IMG/VR virus record: IMGVR_UViG_3300042465_006864
Span: 1 to 64,000 of that record
Reading direction: 5' to 3' (one strand)
DNA from: a virus
Length of the DNA stretch: 64,000 nt
This document shows, one piece after another, positions 30,262-41,595 of the stretch; within the stretch, counting starts at the first letter, position 1, and every line of letters starts with the position of its first letter. The notes beneath the pieces are model-generated. The model saw only the letters and a list, made by a program, of their open reading frames with translations. It made no database searches and was not told the DNA's origin. A program made the position numbers and the translations under genes.

Positions 30262-30606
30262 TTATTTTTGCACCTTTTCTACTTTGACTCTTGTAATGCC
30301 TTTGTGTTTGAAGTCGAGAGATGTTGCTGCGGCGAGAGAAACGTCAATTACTCTGCCCGAAATAAATGGTCCTCTGTCATTTATCCTTACAATAACAGAT
30401 CGACCATTTGATAAGTTTGTTACTTTCGCGATTGCGCCGAAAGGTAATGTTCTATGTGCAGCGGTTAGCTTTGTATCATTGAGTCTTTCGCCGCTCGCAG
30501 TAATTGATCCCCTGTTTGTTTTCACAGAGTAAAAAGAAGCTTTTCCATACTCCAAAGCATTCGCTAACATTGTCGTGGCTAATAGTGCCAATAGTGTTTT
30601 TTTCAT
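30262..30606 (-). CDS. rlpA: RlpA-like (DPBB) lytic transglycosylase
   Basis: Signal peptide; [38 protein letters not shown]. Confidence 0.92.
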   Translation of the reverse strand: MKKTLLALLATTMLANALEYGKASFYSVKTNRGSITASGERLNDTKLTAAHRTLPFGAIAKVTNLSNGRSVIVRINDRGPFISGRVIDVSLAAATSLDFKHKGITRVKVEKVQK

Positions 30607-30839
30607 TGTTTTAAATTGTTGTAAATATCTTCTACGCCTGTAATTCGCTCGATCTCATTTCCCTGATCATCTTCGATAATAAGCATCGGAACATTTCTAA
30701 TGCTTTTTTCACGAAACCAAGGAATGTTTTCGGGTTCATTCATGCTTTTTATATTCACGGATATTGCAGATTTTTCCAGTCTTGCTTTGAGCAAGTGACA
30801 TGGACCGCAAGTTGCGCTCGTTGCTAGTGTTTTTTTCAT
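30603..30839 (-). CDS. thioredoxin/glutaredoxin-like protein
   Basis: CGPC and NVP motifs. Confidence 0.85.
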   Translation of the reverse strand: MKKTLATSATCGPCHLLKARLEKSAISVNIKSMNEPENIPWFREKSIRNVPMLIIEDDQGNEIERITGVEDIYNNLKQ

Positions 30840-30851
30840 TTTTTATTTATT

Positions 30852-31541
30852 TTATTGTTCTCGACTCCATTCACAGCAAGGTAAATGTCTTCCATTTTCA
30901 TCCATTGCATACTCCCAATTGTTATCATCTGTGCTTTCCCAATCGCCATCTATCGGCTCCATATTACAGGAACACTTTCGTGGCACACAGTCGTCACAGG
31001 CGCATTCTCCATTAGGCATATAAACCCATGTAGCTTCTACCTTTTGACAGTATGAACATTTAGCCATATTACTCGTATACGATAATTGTTTTTTCTACAG
31101 GGAATACTTCGGGGATAGAGACTTCATCTTCCCATTCATAAGGCGATTCATCTTGCATTTCGGTTGCGCCAACTCGATAATTGAGCTTGAAAAATTTACC
31201 ATCAGAAATCCGCTTGGCAATTTTTTCATAACAAATTGACCATCGGGTTGTGTCTGTAATCTCTAATGTTACAGTTTCGAATAATTCGTGGTCGCCATAA
31301 GCAATTAGTCTTGCTTCTTTTGCTTTTAGTGTTAATGTTTCTTTCATATTTATTTTGTTTTTAGTTTTTGTTTTAATTGTTTTTTAAGTTCTTTGTTTTC
31401 TTTTCTCAACTTTGCAATTTCATCCGCTGCGCGGGGAATATTTTGACGAATTGTTTCTAACTCATTTTCAATGATTCGAATTGATTGCGACAATTTGTTG
31501 TAATGACGTAAAATATCAAGAATATCAAGGTCTTTTTTCAT
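30852..31541 (-). other. three small hypothetical CDSs (30852..31067 Cys-rich, 31069..31347, 31350..31541)
   Basis: Tightly packed co-oriented ORFs. Confidence 0.55.
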
Positions 31542-32650
31542 AATTCTAAAATCTTCTCCATTGCTTTGCGCACGATTTTATCATCAATGTCACGCTTGTC
31601 AAGCAAAATAAATGCAATCGCAGTCTTCCAATCGCGGAACTCTTCTTGAATTGCCATTGCTTGTTCTTTGCGATTGGAATAATCACGAATAAATAACATC
31701 CTCTGGTTGATATTGTCTACGCACTTTACGAATTTGGCATAGGCATCAGTGATTTCTTGGATAAACGGCTTGCACTTCTCTGCGATTTCATAATCCAAAA
31801 GCGTTTCGATATATTTATAAAAGTCCTTATAATTTGTGAACTTTGGTGATTGCATAAATACATCTAAAACATTATTAATGGTTTTAATTCCCGTTGCTAA
31901 TTTATGAAGTTCACAATATTCGTCTGCCTTAATTTTTTTGAGGATTTGACCATTTGGAGAATATAGAACGACACCCTCCTTACCTTTCCAAGCAGAAACA
32001 TCCATGATACATTCTTCAACAGAATCGTATTGGTATCTATCTGGACGATCAAATTGATATTGAGAAGCGCATATATCTAAATATTTTTGACTATAGTAAC
32101 AGCCTTCTTCATTTGACACTATACCAACTAAAGTTAATTTATACTCATCAGATTCTCTCAATACGATGATATTCGAGGGAGTAGTCCATTCAAAGAGCCA
32201 CGATTGTTCTAGCGCTGATATGCCGTCGAAAGCATCGTTGTTTTTAAAAAATTGCTTATACTTCTCCACCAGCAAATCTATTTCATAACCATTGGGCAGT
32301 AAACGAGCATTCACAGTGCCGCGAGTTCTAATTATCCACTGACCTTTGTATCGAGAAACGATTAAAAGACTACCATCCAACTTGTGTCTCGCTTCAAATT
32401 TCCAACAATCTTTCCATGGTTCAAATGCTGGTTGCTCTCCAAAGTTAGTGAATTTGCGAAATCCTTGGCTGATTACGAAATTATCAAATTTACGCACCAC
32501 ACAAGAACGGAAACGAGCATTTTCATCGTTCCATTTAACACTCATGTCTTTCGGCGTAATGAGCCAACATTCGTCACCAGCGATGACGCAATCTTTGTAA
32601 TTAAATTCTTCTTTGTTTGGTAGTTTCATATTAATAACTGATTTCTCCAA
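31538..32650 (-). CDS. RNA ligase (T4 Rnl1-like)
   Basis: KFTNFGE, motif I KLDGSL, FEW, motif IV EGVV, motif V KIK. Confidence 0.85.
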   Translation of the reverse strand: MEKSVINMKLPNKEEFNYKDCVIAGDECWLITPKDMSVKWNDENARFRSCVVRKFDNFVISQGFRKFTNFGEQPAFEPWKDCWKFEARHKLDGSLLIVSRYKGQWIIRTRGTVNARLLPNGYEIDLLVEKYKQFFKNNDAFDGISALEQSWLFEWTTPSNIIVLRESDEYKLTLVGIVSNEEGCYYSQKYLDICASQYQFDRPDRYQYDSVEECIMDVSAWKGKEGVVLYSPNGQILKKIKADEYCELHKLATGIKTINNVLDVFMQSPKFTNYKDFYKYIETLLDYEIAEKCKPFIQEITDAYAKFVKCVDNINQRMLFIRDYSNRKEQAMAIQEEFRDWKTAIAFILLDKRDIDDKIVRKAMEKILEL

Positions 32651-33020
32651 GTCGATCGTATACGCTTTTATTTCTTTTCGTCGATTCGATGATCACGACC
32701 TTTTTTCTGTTCTTACCATACCATTCTTTTTCTCCCTTTTCATCTAGGTATCGGTTTGGGAATTCCCACTCTTCCGTTTTAATTTGCTCTTTGATGATCT
32801 GATCAAGATGCTGTTGAACATCAGCGGGGATTTCCCAAGATTTGTATTGTTGTTTCCACTCCATTTCAATACAGAAACGAATATGTTCTGCGCATCGTTT
32901 CACCAATTCACATTCCACAATTCCAATGTTCATCCAATCTTCAACAAGACCATTCCACATTTTGATTTCGGGATTGCCTTTGATTTTTTGCAACTGTTCG
33001 ATTAATTGATTTTTTCTCAC
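32631..33020 (-). CDS. hypothetical protein
   Basis: 129-aa ORF after minus-strand TTGACA near 33050. Confidence 0.6.
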   Translation of the reverse strand: MRKNQLIEQLQKIKGNPEIKMWNGLVEDWMNIGIVECELVKRCAEHIRFCIEMEWKQQYKSWEIPADVQQHLDQIIKEQIKTEEWEFPNRYLDEKGEKEWYGKNRKKVVIIESTKRNKSVYDRLGEISY

Positions 33021-33122
33021 GCGCCAAAAGTATATTAATACCGATGACTTGTCAACAAAAAAAACTGAGCCAGAGTATTTTATTTCTCTAGCTCAGTGGG
33101 ATTTTTTAATCTATTTTAATGA

Positions 33123-33320
33123 TTATTTTTGCTTAGCTTTACCAAAGTTCAAAGCGACAATATCGACTACTTTGTAGACTTTGGACCAAGTGCTTCCAGC
33201 TTTAGGTGTCGGAGTCACAGCAGCCACAGCAGAAGCTAGTGCGACAGCGCTTGTTACCACTGGAAACCATGGGTAAGCTTTAACAATATCCAAGACGATA
33301 GGAATAAGTACTTCTGTCAT
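33123..33320 (-). CDS. small membrane protein (holin-like)
   Basis: Hydrophobic helix, AAVTPTPK...VDIVALNFGKAK; GTGTAA at 33329-33334, 8 nt upstream. Confidence 0.6.
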   Translation of the reverse strand: MTEVLIPIVLDIVKAYPWFPVVTSAVALASAVAAVTPTPKAGSTWSKVYKVVDIVALNFGKAKQK

Positions 33321-33345
33321 GTCTATTTTTACACTTAAAAATTGA

Positions 33346-33600
33346 TTAAATGGGATTTTTTTTCATCATGACGGTTGCATGACAAATGCGCCTATTATAT
33401 TCAGCATAAGAAATTGGCGTTTCAATTGTAACACCATCGTTATCTCTGAACCCATCAGGATCTAAAATAATGATTTCATCAAGCTGCGCCCATTCGATTG
33501 CTGTCTTTTTTGCAAAAGCTTTATCCCAATTTTCGCGACCTTGTTTTGAAAGAATTTTGCTCTTTATCTCGTCGCCTGTAATGTTATTTTTTGTAGCCAT
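33346..33600 (-). CDS. hypothetical protein
   Basis: MATKNNITGDEIKSK; start moved past the hairpin at 33610-33633. Confidence 0.55.
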   Translation of the reverse strand: MATKNNITGDEIKSKILSKQGRENWDKAFAKKTAIEWAQLDEIIILDPDGFRDNDGVTIETPISYAEYNRRICHATVMMKKNPI

Positions 33601-33609
33601 AAGTAATTT

Positions 33610-33633
33610 ATGAGGGGGCTTTCGCCCCCTCAT
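33610..33633. terminator. perfect 10-bp hairpin after rIIB
   Basis: ATGAGGGGGC-TTTC-GCCCCCTCAT (GAAA loop on the minus strand); U-tract weak, so it may be a stability hairpin. Confidence 0.5.
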
Positions 33634-33638
33634 TTTAG

Positions 33639-34652
33639 TTAACGCAAATCAACAAATTTCTTACCATTGTCAGAATACCAAGTAAAGCCTAAAGCGTTCA
33701 CGGCATCAGCAATTTCAGCCATGCTAGGGCAGTCAGGAGAGAAGCAGCTTTGAATTGCTCTGAAAGCAACATCCTCAATACCATCATCAAGTTTACGATT
33801 CAGGTATTTTTCCACTCTATCAATTACCTTGTTACGATTTCCAACTTCTTCTTTAAAAGATTGATCTTCCAAAGCTTCGCCATCGTTATCTGTGGCAGAA
33901 GCAAGGATTTCGCCTTGAACTTCTGACACGACAGTATAAGCGCAGCAACGCAATTTCTGACATTCGCAATCAGCAGGAACACTCACAACGTCTTTTGGAT
34001 TAATCTTTACGACTACCATTTTGCCGCGAGACCAGCCGCGAGCATAGTCCCACGAACCTGCATGAATACCGAACGAGCAATGGTTATTGCGATCATCGTC
34101 AACGCAATTGCGCTGCACTTCAATATGCTCACCTACACCATTGTAGATTCGTCCTTGGCTGTTTACAACACCTTGCAGCACTTTTGTTTTTGTATTGCCA
34201 GAGACAGAATAGAAGTCGTCGAGAAGACCACGATACGCCAAGAAACAACCGTCCTCTGTGATCGGAAGCTCTTTGTAAGACAAAAAGTCATACAGTTCGC
34301 GAACAGAATTATACGATGGATTCTGCTTGAGGTTTTCCCAGAACTTCTCTAGTAGAGTAACTGGCAGATTTTGCTCAATCAAAGAAAACACTTTCTGCGC
34401 CAATGGTGCTGGAAGGAGTTCTCCATAATACGAGACTTCTTTTGTTGCATTATTAACACTAAAACCTTTTTGTTCAATGTTAAGATTCACATCTGCTTCT
34501 TGCAGAGCTTTGTTAATTGCCTCCTCTTGTTTGTCGGATGGCAAGCGTAATGCCGCGATAATCGCTGCATATTTAGGGTCTGAGCTAACAAACTTTTGCG
34601 GTTTGTTGTTCATGAATAGGACGATTCCAGTTTGATTGATGATATACTTCAT
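33639..34652 (-). CDS. rIIB: rIIB-like protein
   Basis: LYDFL...LPITEDGCFLAYR, CSFGIHAG, VKINPKDVVSVP; adjacent to rIIA. Confidence 0.88.
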   Translation of the reverse strand: MKYIINQTGIVLFMNNKPQKFVSSDPKYAAIIAALRLPSDKQEEAINKALQEADVNLNIEQKGFSVNNATKEVSYYGELLPAPLAQKVFSLIEQNLPVTLLEKFWENLKQNPSYNSVRELYDFLSYKELPITEDGCFLAYRGLLDDFYSVSGNTKTKVLQGVVNSQGRIYNGVGEHIEVQRNCVDDDRNNHCSFGIHAGSWDYARGWSRGKMVVVKINPKDVVSVPADCECQKLRCCAYTVVSEVQGEILASATDNDGEALEDQSFKEEVGNRNKVIDRVEKYLNRKLDDGIEDVAFRAIQSCFSPDCPSMAEIADAVNALGFTWYSDNGKKFVDLR

Positions 34653-34660
34653 GCGGAGTT

Positions 34661-34689
34661 AATGTATTGTTATTTTGAGTGTTTGTCAA
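34661..34689 (-). promoter_or_regulatory. sigma70-like promoter
   Basis: TTGACA-N17-TACATT, 8 nt before the rIIB ATG. Confidence 0.75.
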
Positions 34690-34692
34690 GGA

Positions 34693-36630
34693 TTATTTTG
34701 AGGCTTTGATGAATTTTCTCACATCAGAGCGACAAGGTTGGAAGTAGTAACTTTTGAGTGCCAAGTTCGTAAAGGTTGATACTAATTCATTTTTATTGTT
34801 TTTTAATTCCTCAACGATCTTTTCAATGCAGTCCATTGTTTTTGAAAGTTTTGGATTATAAACATCTTGGTTGATTCTGTGCAGCAAAATGTTTCGTGTT
34901 TTATCTGTCAATAGATTTTTACACGCAGTAAATCGACTATGCAATGCAGATCGAGCAGACTGTGCTTTTCCGCTAATTTCATACAATTTGTTCAACGTGT
35001 CTTTCGTAGCGCTATCATCATATTTCAAATATCCAAGAGTAGCCAAATCTTTTTTCAAGGAAACAGACGAAAACGAATAAGAATTTTCAAATCCATTAGC
35101 ATACATAACGATTTTTTTGAACTGTGAAAGAGAATCGCTTTGAGCTAATTCCGCCAGAAAATCTTTTGCATCGTCAACAGAATGATCAACACCCCAATAA
35201 CGATTATGAAGTTCTAGTGCCGAAGCGCGGAAAGACGAACCGTAACCACGACGATAAACTGAAAACTTTCCATCAGTATAACCACCGCCCTTTTGTTTTG
35301 GGTAAAGTGAAGAAACTGGTCGGAATACCAAATCAGAATCAACTTGGTGATGCGCAATCGCCGCGCAAATATGCTCCATGTAATCTTTCGTTACGAAGAA
35401 AGCTGTTTTAGAATTGTCGGCACACCATTTTTTAAGCTTTTCAACTTGATCGCAGCGATGATAGTGGGAGTTGGAAACGATAGCAACAAACTTGCGACCT
35501 TTATGATCTAAAGCTGGGTGAGACACATCGCCCGATACACCAACTTTTACAAGAGACATCGCGACTTTAGCATGAACGAATGCTGAATTTTTAAATTTAA
35601 AAAATTGCGATTGATTCTTTTTGTTGAAGCACAATTCCGACAGTGGCAAGTCTCCAAGAGATTGTTTCTGTTGATTAATAAAATCCCCAAGAATTGCTTC
35701 ACACTTGGCGATGCCGTTGGTGAACTTTGCAGTCTCACGGAAAAACTCTCGCGAAATAGGAACTTCAAAAAATCCGACAGGAACATCAATCTGAATGGAT
35801 GTTTGCGGAGAGCAGTTTTTTTCAAATGCGAACTCGCTAAAGCTATCAGGAGTATTGTATTTAACTCCACCCATGGTGATGACGTAATGTTTACCAAAAA
35901 ACTCATCTGGTTTATCTTCAAACGAATAGAATCGAATGCCGTCTTTTTCCAAGATCAGGGTTTTTTTGATTTCTTTAATTACATGCGAGTGTCCACTATC
36001 GTCCACTACTTCTACTTTAGCCAACGTAGCAGTAGCAGCCATCGTTTGAGCGTAAACTAAAAACGTGCCAGTATCGCCATGATTCGAGCGATCTTCTTTG
36101 ATGTCGATTTCTACCAACAAACCGCTTTCAGCGGTTGGCTCTTGCGACATTTCAACCACCTGACCAATAGATGCGCCAGATTCGTCGCCGCCAAGAACAC
36201 ACGAATACACTGTCTTTGTGCCATTATAGAAAGAAGTAACGTAAAAAACATCTTGATAACAGTGACCTGCTTTTGCACCTACGCCGAAACCACCGATAGG
36301 TTGATCGCTGTTTGATTTTGTGGAGCGGAAGTATTTACCAAACACGTTGCGAATGCCGTTGTCATCCAAACCGTTAGCGAAGTCACGAACAAAGAAGCGA
36401 CCTTCTTTTACGCCAGTTTGAACAGGATTCTCGATGCCGTGTTTCAAGTGTTCATCGACAGCGTTGCTTACCCATTCACGCACAACGGCGAGAATTTTAT
36501 CGGTGTAGATATTGTCGCGGAAGATTTGACAAGCTTGTTTCATGCCTTCCAAATCCATATCCATGTTGGACACTTGCGAAGATTCAATTCCTTGAGTGAA
36601 GATAGGTGATGTGTTGAGTTGCGTTTTCAT
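34693..36630 (-). CDS. rIIA: rIIA-like protein (GHKL ATPase N-terminus)
   Basis: IYTDKILAVVREWVSNAVD, VRDFANGL, STK...IGGFGVGAK, PISRE; start moved to ATG 36630. Confidence 0.88.
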   Translation of the reverse strand: MKTQLNTSPIFTQGIESSQVSNMDMDLEGMKQACQIFRDNIYTDKILAVVREWVSNAVDEHLKHGIENPVQTGVKEGRFFVRDFANGLDDNGIRNVFGKYFRSTKSNSDQPIGGFGVGAKAGHCYQDVFYVTSFYNGTKTVYSCVLGGDESGASIGQVVEMSQEPTAESGLLVEIDIKEDRSNHGDTGTFLVYAQTMAATATLAKVEVVDDSGHSHVIKEIKKTLILEKDGIRFYSFEDKPDEFFGKHYVITMGGVKYNTPDSFSEFAFEKNCSPQTSIQIDVPVGFFEVPISREFFRETAKFTNGIAKCEAILGDFINQQKQSLGDLPLSELCFNKKNQSQFFKFKNSAFVHAKVAMSLVKVGVSGDVSHPALDHKGRKFVAIVSNSHYHRCDQVEKLKKWCADNSKTAFFVTKDYMEHICAAIAHHQVDSDLVFRPVSSLYPKQKGGGYTDGKFSVYRRGYGSSFRASALELHNRYWGVDHSVDDAKDFLAELAQSDSLSQFKKIVMYANGFENSYSFSSVSLKKDLATLGYLKYDDSATKDTLNKLYEISGKAQSARSALHSRFTACKNLLTDKTRNILLHRINQDVYNPKLSKTMDCIEKIVEELKNNKNELVSTFTNLALKSYYFQPCRSDVRKFIKASK

Positions 36631-36640
36631 GTCGGGGGCA

Positions 36641-36669
36641 ATAGTAATCAGAAATAGTGGACATGTCAA
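36641..36669 (-). promoter_or_regulatory. sigma70-like promoter
   Basis: TTGACA-N17-TACTAT, 10 nt before ATG 36630. Confidence 0.75.
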
Positions 36670-36706
36670 CAAGTTTTTTGAAAAAATTTTCGCGGCAAGA
36701 TTTTTG

Positions 36707-36734
36707 TTGACAAGCTGCTACGAAATGTTACTCT
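36707..36734 (+). promoter_or_regulatory. sigma70-like promoter (divergent)
   Basis: TTGACA-N16-TACTCT, 9 nt before ATG 36744. Confidence 0.65.
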
Positions 36735-36743
36735 GTGCGCCAC

Positions 36744-37649
36744 ATGAAATTAGGACTCGTATGCATCAGTGAAATCCTCAAGAAGAAAGACAAGTCTCTT
36801 GCCTTTAAAACCATGACACGCAAACGCTTTTTGGAGCTGGGTCGAGATGTTGCGCTTGTAGAGCTTTCGTCACGCATTCTACACAACTGCCGACTAACCA
36901 AACAAATTGTTTTGCATTGTGCCGCAAACGGTATTTCTCATTACCGTGTCTCTAGCTGTTTAGCTCCGCTCGTTACAGACAGCACTCTCAATATCTCCTA
37001 TAGCGATTTACCAGACATGTCGGCGATTGAGTCTGCATTGGCAGATGTTGGCGCAACAGCACAACACTGCGGCGTTTCTGTTTCTTCTCATCCTGATCAA
37101 TTCAATGTGCTTACATCATACAGTGCAGACGTTGTTGATCGTAGTATCAAAGAACTCAATCACCAAGCTTACATGTTGGATTTGATGGGACTACCACAAA
37201 ACTATTCCGCGCCAATGTGCCTTCACCTCAATCTCTCGCCTGACTTCAAGCGAGAAACTCTCGCCAGTTACATTGATCGCTTTGTGTCAGCATTGTTCTC
37301 TTGCTCGCCATCAGTTCAGAATCGCTTAGTATTGGAGAACGAGCATGGCGGCTATTGGAATTGCAAGAATCTATATAAATCATTTGGCGAGCTTGTTCCT
37401 TTGGTGTTTGACAACCTTCATGATGCAGTTAATCCTTCTGATTTTTGTCATTTTAAATTGTTCAAAAACACATGGCGCAATTACACTCCCGTCATGCACT
37501 GGAGCGAGGGTTTGCCTGATAAGCCTCGTAGTCATGCTGAGTTTGCATCTCACGTTCCTGCTGTAGTATCTATGAACAACGATTGTGTCTGGGAATTCGA
37601 ACTCAAAGGCAAAGACTTAGCAATCCTACAAGTTTTGAGTAATCAATAA
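36744..37649 (+). CDS. uvsE: UV-damage endonuclease
   Basis: LGLVC, YRVSS, SSHPDQFNVL, RLVLENE, LVFDNLH, HWSE, SHAE, ELKGKD motifs. Confidence 0.9.
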   Translation: MKLGLVCISEILKKKDKSLAFKTMTRKRFLELGRDVALVELSSRILHNCRLTKQIVLHCAANGISHYRVSSCLAPLVTDSTLNISYSDLPDMSAIESALADVGATAQHCGVSVSSHPDQFNVLTSYSADVVDRSIKELNHQAYMLDLMGLPQNYSAPMCLHLNLSPDFKRETLASYIDRFVSALFSCSPSVQNRLVLENEHGGYWNCKNLYKSFGELVPLVFDNLHDAVNPSDFCHFKLFKNTWRNYTPVMHWSEGLPDKPRSHAEFASHVPAVVSMNNDCVWEFELKGKDLAILQVLSNQ

Positions 37650-37656
37650 AAATATC

Positions 37657-37685
37657 TTGACAACATCCACAAAATACCATACATT
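37657..37685 (+). promoter_or_regulatory. sigma70-like promoter
   Basis: TTGACA-N17-TACATT, 11 nt before ATG 37697. Confidence 0.75.
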
Positions 37686-37696
37686 CCTCCGCAGCG

Positions 37697-39746
37697 ATGA
37701 AACTTGACGATTACATTTTACAATTTGCTAAACAAGATGAATGCACTTTAGGCGAATCTCTTTTGGAATATGCTTTTCCTAGCGAGGGCAGAGGTTGTTA
37801 TTCGAACTTCAAACTGCGCGATTCATTCGTTCCTTTTCCCGAAGGTTTTGATAAATACGCCCCTATGTTGCTAGGTGAACATTTATACATCGAAGAATGC
37901 ACCGACGAAGAAAGAGACAGTATTCATTGTTTTATTGATTCAGAAACAAATCTCAAAGTCGCATGGGCTTGGGATGGTGATGGTCATCTGATTTTTGAAA
38001 GCGATGACTTTTGTATTGAAAACCCCGATATTAAAAAATCCTCAAGATGGCGCAAAGCATGAAAAATGGAGTTGACGATTCGATGGTAAGAATGCCTGAA
38101 GGCTTTAGCTTAGGCATGACAGCATGGCACGAAAGATCAAAGCGAACTGTAAAGCTCATTGAGCGTCAGCTAGGAGATGGATGGTTATGCGAACCGATAG
38201 ATGGTGGTAGGGTATTCTACGAGCATAGTGAATTTCTTCTGCCGAACGCCTCTGTGATGGCATCGCTGCCGACATCGAACTCTGATAACTCAACCAAACA
38301 ATAAAATGACAAACAACACCGAAAACACAACTCACGAAGAAGCTGTTCGACTTCTCAATGAAAGGGCATCGAAAGAAGTAGATTTATACAATACAATTTC
38401 CAGTTATCAAAAAAGGGAAAGCTTTTTAATCCGAGATAAAGCTGCTGCCAATCGCTTATTATATGATTTATATCATGATGTCATACAAGGAGAGATCGCT
38501 AAGCAATTGAGGCAAAATCCTTTTTCCTTTCCTTCTGTTAAGGCAGTTAGCAAATTTATTGATCAATGAAAACATATACCTTCGAACAATTAGCAGAATA
38601 CATTCGCGGCTGGTCATATTCAGAGTCTGACATGAAAGCATTGACACTAAACGAAGTTCACTCTATGCTTGCGAATGCTGTCAGTCAATTCGAGTGCGAT
38701 CAAGACGGTTTTGAAATTGCCGTGAAAGTCGCCGAAGAAAAAAGACAGGAGCAACAAAAACAAATAAACGAAGCATGGCGCTCCGCAATACAAGGTGCTT
38801 CTGCAATAAAAAATAATAAAATATGAAATACCATTTAGAAAAAATACGAAAACACAAAACCGCTAAACCTGAAGACAAAATAGTCATCAAAAACATCAAT
38901 GTGACTCAAAACGAAAGAGGTCAATGGTTAGTGGATTTCGCTAGTAAAAATCATAAGTATCTTCAAGTGCGATATATAATGTCGTCTACACATATTGATC
39001 GTAAACCTCAATACTTGGATGATGGCTCTTTGGCAACATGCGAAGCTTTTGTAATAGACACACACGAAGAAGCTCAAGAAGACGGTTTCACGCTGCCTCT
39101 AAGCAGCACAGTCTTGTGGCTTATTCCCGAAACAAGGGAAGAGTCTGATGCCATTAATGGAGTAGCTGCTATCATGGCGACAAAGTGGTGCTATTGTTGC
39201 TGTATTGTTCCCTATAATGATTTTGCTCCTGACGACAATAACAAAAATATTGGAAAGCGTTTTAAACAAAAAAAATAATGAACAAAAGACAACAATACGC
39301 AATAGGACAGCACGATCTATGCTGCGAGTTTCTAATCATTGGCAAGAATCATCTCGATAGCGGCAAAACTCTTTTTGAAGAAGTAGTTTCCTTAAAGGAT
39401 CGTTTGCAAAAGGCGACAGATGAGCTTGATGAATGGCATGATGCCGCGAAACATGTGGATGCAGATTATGCTGATGAAGTTCATTGTAGCTGTGTGCCTA
39501 TTTTGCGCAAACAATTGCAGGATGCTCGAAAAGAAATTGAACAGCTTAAAGCAAAACAATAACATGGAAGAAGTTAAACAAGCCAGAGTGCTTTATTTTT
39601 TGACTGGCGTGTTTATTGCGCTTAAATTAACCGAGCAGATTCACTGGTCGTGGTGGTGGGTTTTTAGTCCACTTTGGATTCCAGCGGTATTACTGATCGT
39701 TATGTTGGCGATTTTTACGATACTGGAGCGATTTTTAATCAAATGA
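37697..39746 (+). other. run of small hypothetical CDSs (37697..38062, about 38059..38304, 38306..38569, 38566..38826, 38823..39278, 39278..39562, 39564..39746 membrane protein)
   Basis: Contiguous co-oriented ORFs; the last has a WSWWWVFSPLWIP transmembrane motif. Confidence 0.6.
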
Positions 39747-39770
39747 ATCAAAAAACATTATACACAAAAA

Positions 39771-40451
39771 ATGAGCAAAACAATAGCTATCGGAGACATT
39801 CATGGTGAACTCGATCACCTTAAAAATCTTTTCAAAAAACTATCTTTTACTAAAGATGATACCATCGTCTTTCTTGGTGATTACATTGATCGCGGCAAAG
39901 ATAGTAAAGGTGTAATTGATTTTGTTTTGTCTCTTGAGGATAAGTGCAATTTGGTTACTCTGCTGGGGAATCATGAGAGAATGGCTTTGGAATCTATGAA
40001 ATGGTCTAGCGGTCAAATATCTAGCGCACAAATGCAAAAGTCATGGATGATGCATGGAGGCTATGAATGCTTGGAATCTTATGATTGCAAAGCTGTTCGA
40101 GACGGCTATCTCACTAGAGCGTTACATAAAATGCTTGAACTTCATGGTCAATTTTTAAATAATTTAAAACTCACTTACGAAACCGAAAACCACATTTTTG
40201 TTCATGGATTTTTGGCTCACGAACAAGATGTAGAAGATCAGGAAGAGTGGCGATGCATTTGGGACTCATTCAGAGAAATTTATCCACACAAATCTGGCAA
40301 AACTGTTGTTTGTGGTCACTCTATCCAAAGAGGTGGAGTTGTTGATGATGGATTTAGAATTTGTATTGACACGGGATCGTTTTTGCCTGATGGTTACATT
40401 ACAGCAATGGTAATCGACGGACCAAAATATTCTTTCGTCAGCAGCAATTAG
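39771..40451 (+). CDS. Ser/Thr phosphatase-like metallophosphoesterase
   Basis: GDIHG, LGDYIDRG, LGNHE, FVHG, GHS, IDTG. Confidence 0.92.
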   Translation: MSKTIAIGDIHGELDHLKNLFKKLSFTKDDTIVFLGDYIDRGKDSKGVIDFVLSLEDKCNLVTLLGNHERMALESMKWSSGQISSAQMQKSWMMHGGYECLESYDCKAVRDGYLTRALHKMLELHGQFLNNLKLTYETENHIFVHGFLAHEQDVEDQEEWRCIWDSFREIYPHKSGKTVVCGHSIQRGGVVDDGFRICIDTGSFLPDGYITAMVIDGPKYSFVSSN

Positions 40452-40504
40452 TTCTTGACAAGAAGCTCAATAAACAATAAAAAAGGGAAACAAAACACAA
40501 AACA

Positions 40505-41591
40505 ATGGGAAAAAAAATAATCAAAACAGCGCAATTTATCACAGTAGCTGCATTCGCAGTCGTAATCGTAACATTCATTCCGAAAGCTTGCACACGACCA
40601 GATAATGCTACAAAATTGCTAAATCAACAAGGATATACTGACATCAAAATCACAGGATGGCGACCAATGATGGCAGGTAAAGATGATTCGGTATCGACTG
40701 GATTTGAAGCAACATCGCCCAGTGGTCAGCGAGTAAGTGGAGCGGTAACAAGTGGATTGTTATTTAAAGGCTCGACCATCAGATTTGATTAATCACTGAC
40801 AAACAAAAAAATGAACACGCGATATACAACAATCGGAACTGATCAAGTGCCGCATATCAAAAAACTAATCAATTGGTTGATTGCGGAAGTAATTTCTGCT
40901 GGTGGAGATGGTGATGCCTTATGGTATTCACGATTTTATTCTGTTGATGAAATCTTTTCTATTCTAAAAGAATGTGATCTTTATGATTTTACTATTGACA
41001 AACAAGATAATCGTATTACATTTGGCACGGGGCAAGAGCAGATAGCATCATTCAAATTGCAGTGTAAACCAAAACCAAAACCTTTATATCCAGCATGGGT
41101 GGACAAATTTTAAAATTATGGAATTCATTAAAGAACACGTAAACAAAGACTGGCTACCAGTCGTCGAAAAATTTCCTAAGATTTTCTTAGAACCATCAGA
41201 GTATGTTATTGATATTTGGGAAAAATACTACAAAGATTTCGTCAAGAAAGAAGATATGGTGAATCTACGCTATGGTTTTGAACATGGTATCGGTTGGAAA
41301 GATATTGTAATCGGCTTTTGTGAAGATTTACAGAAGCTTGCTGAAAAAGCTGCCGCAGAAGGTCACACCTTTCAATACAAAGGATGCATTATTAAAGAAA
41401 AATTTGGCAAATTCACTCCCCAAGGTGATTTGGAAAAAAGTGAGGGTGCATGGGAAATCTATCGCGATGAATATTATGGTATTTGTCGCAAATGGGAAGA
41501 AAAATCCTTGACAGTCTGCGAAGTCTGTGGTAAAGATGGTGAGTTGCGCAGCACAGGATGGTGGAAAACGCGCTGCGATGAACATAACTAA
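40505..41591 (+). other. three hypothetical CDSs (40505..40792 membrane-anchored, 40811..41113, 41118..41591)
   Basis: The last has KEKFG...CEVCGKDG...C; downstream of TTGACA near 40455. Confidence 0.6.
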
Positions 41592-41595
41592 TAAC

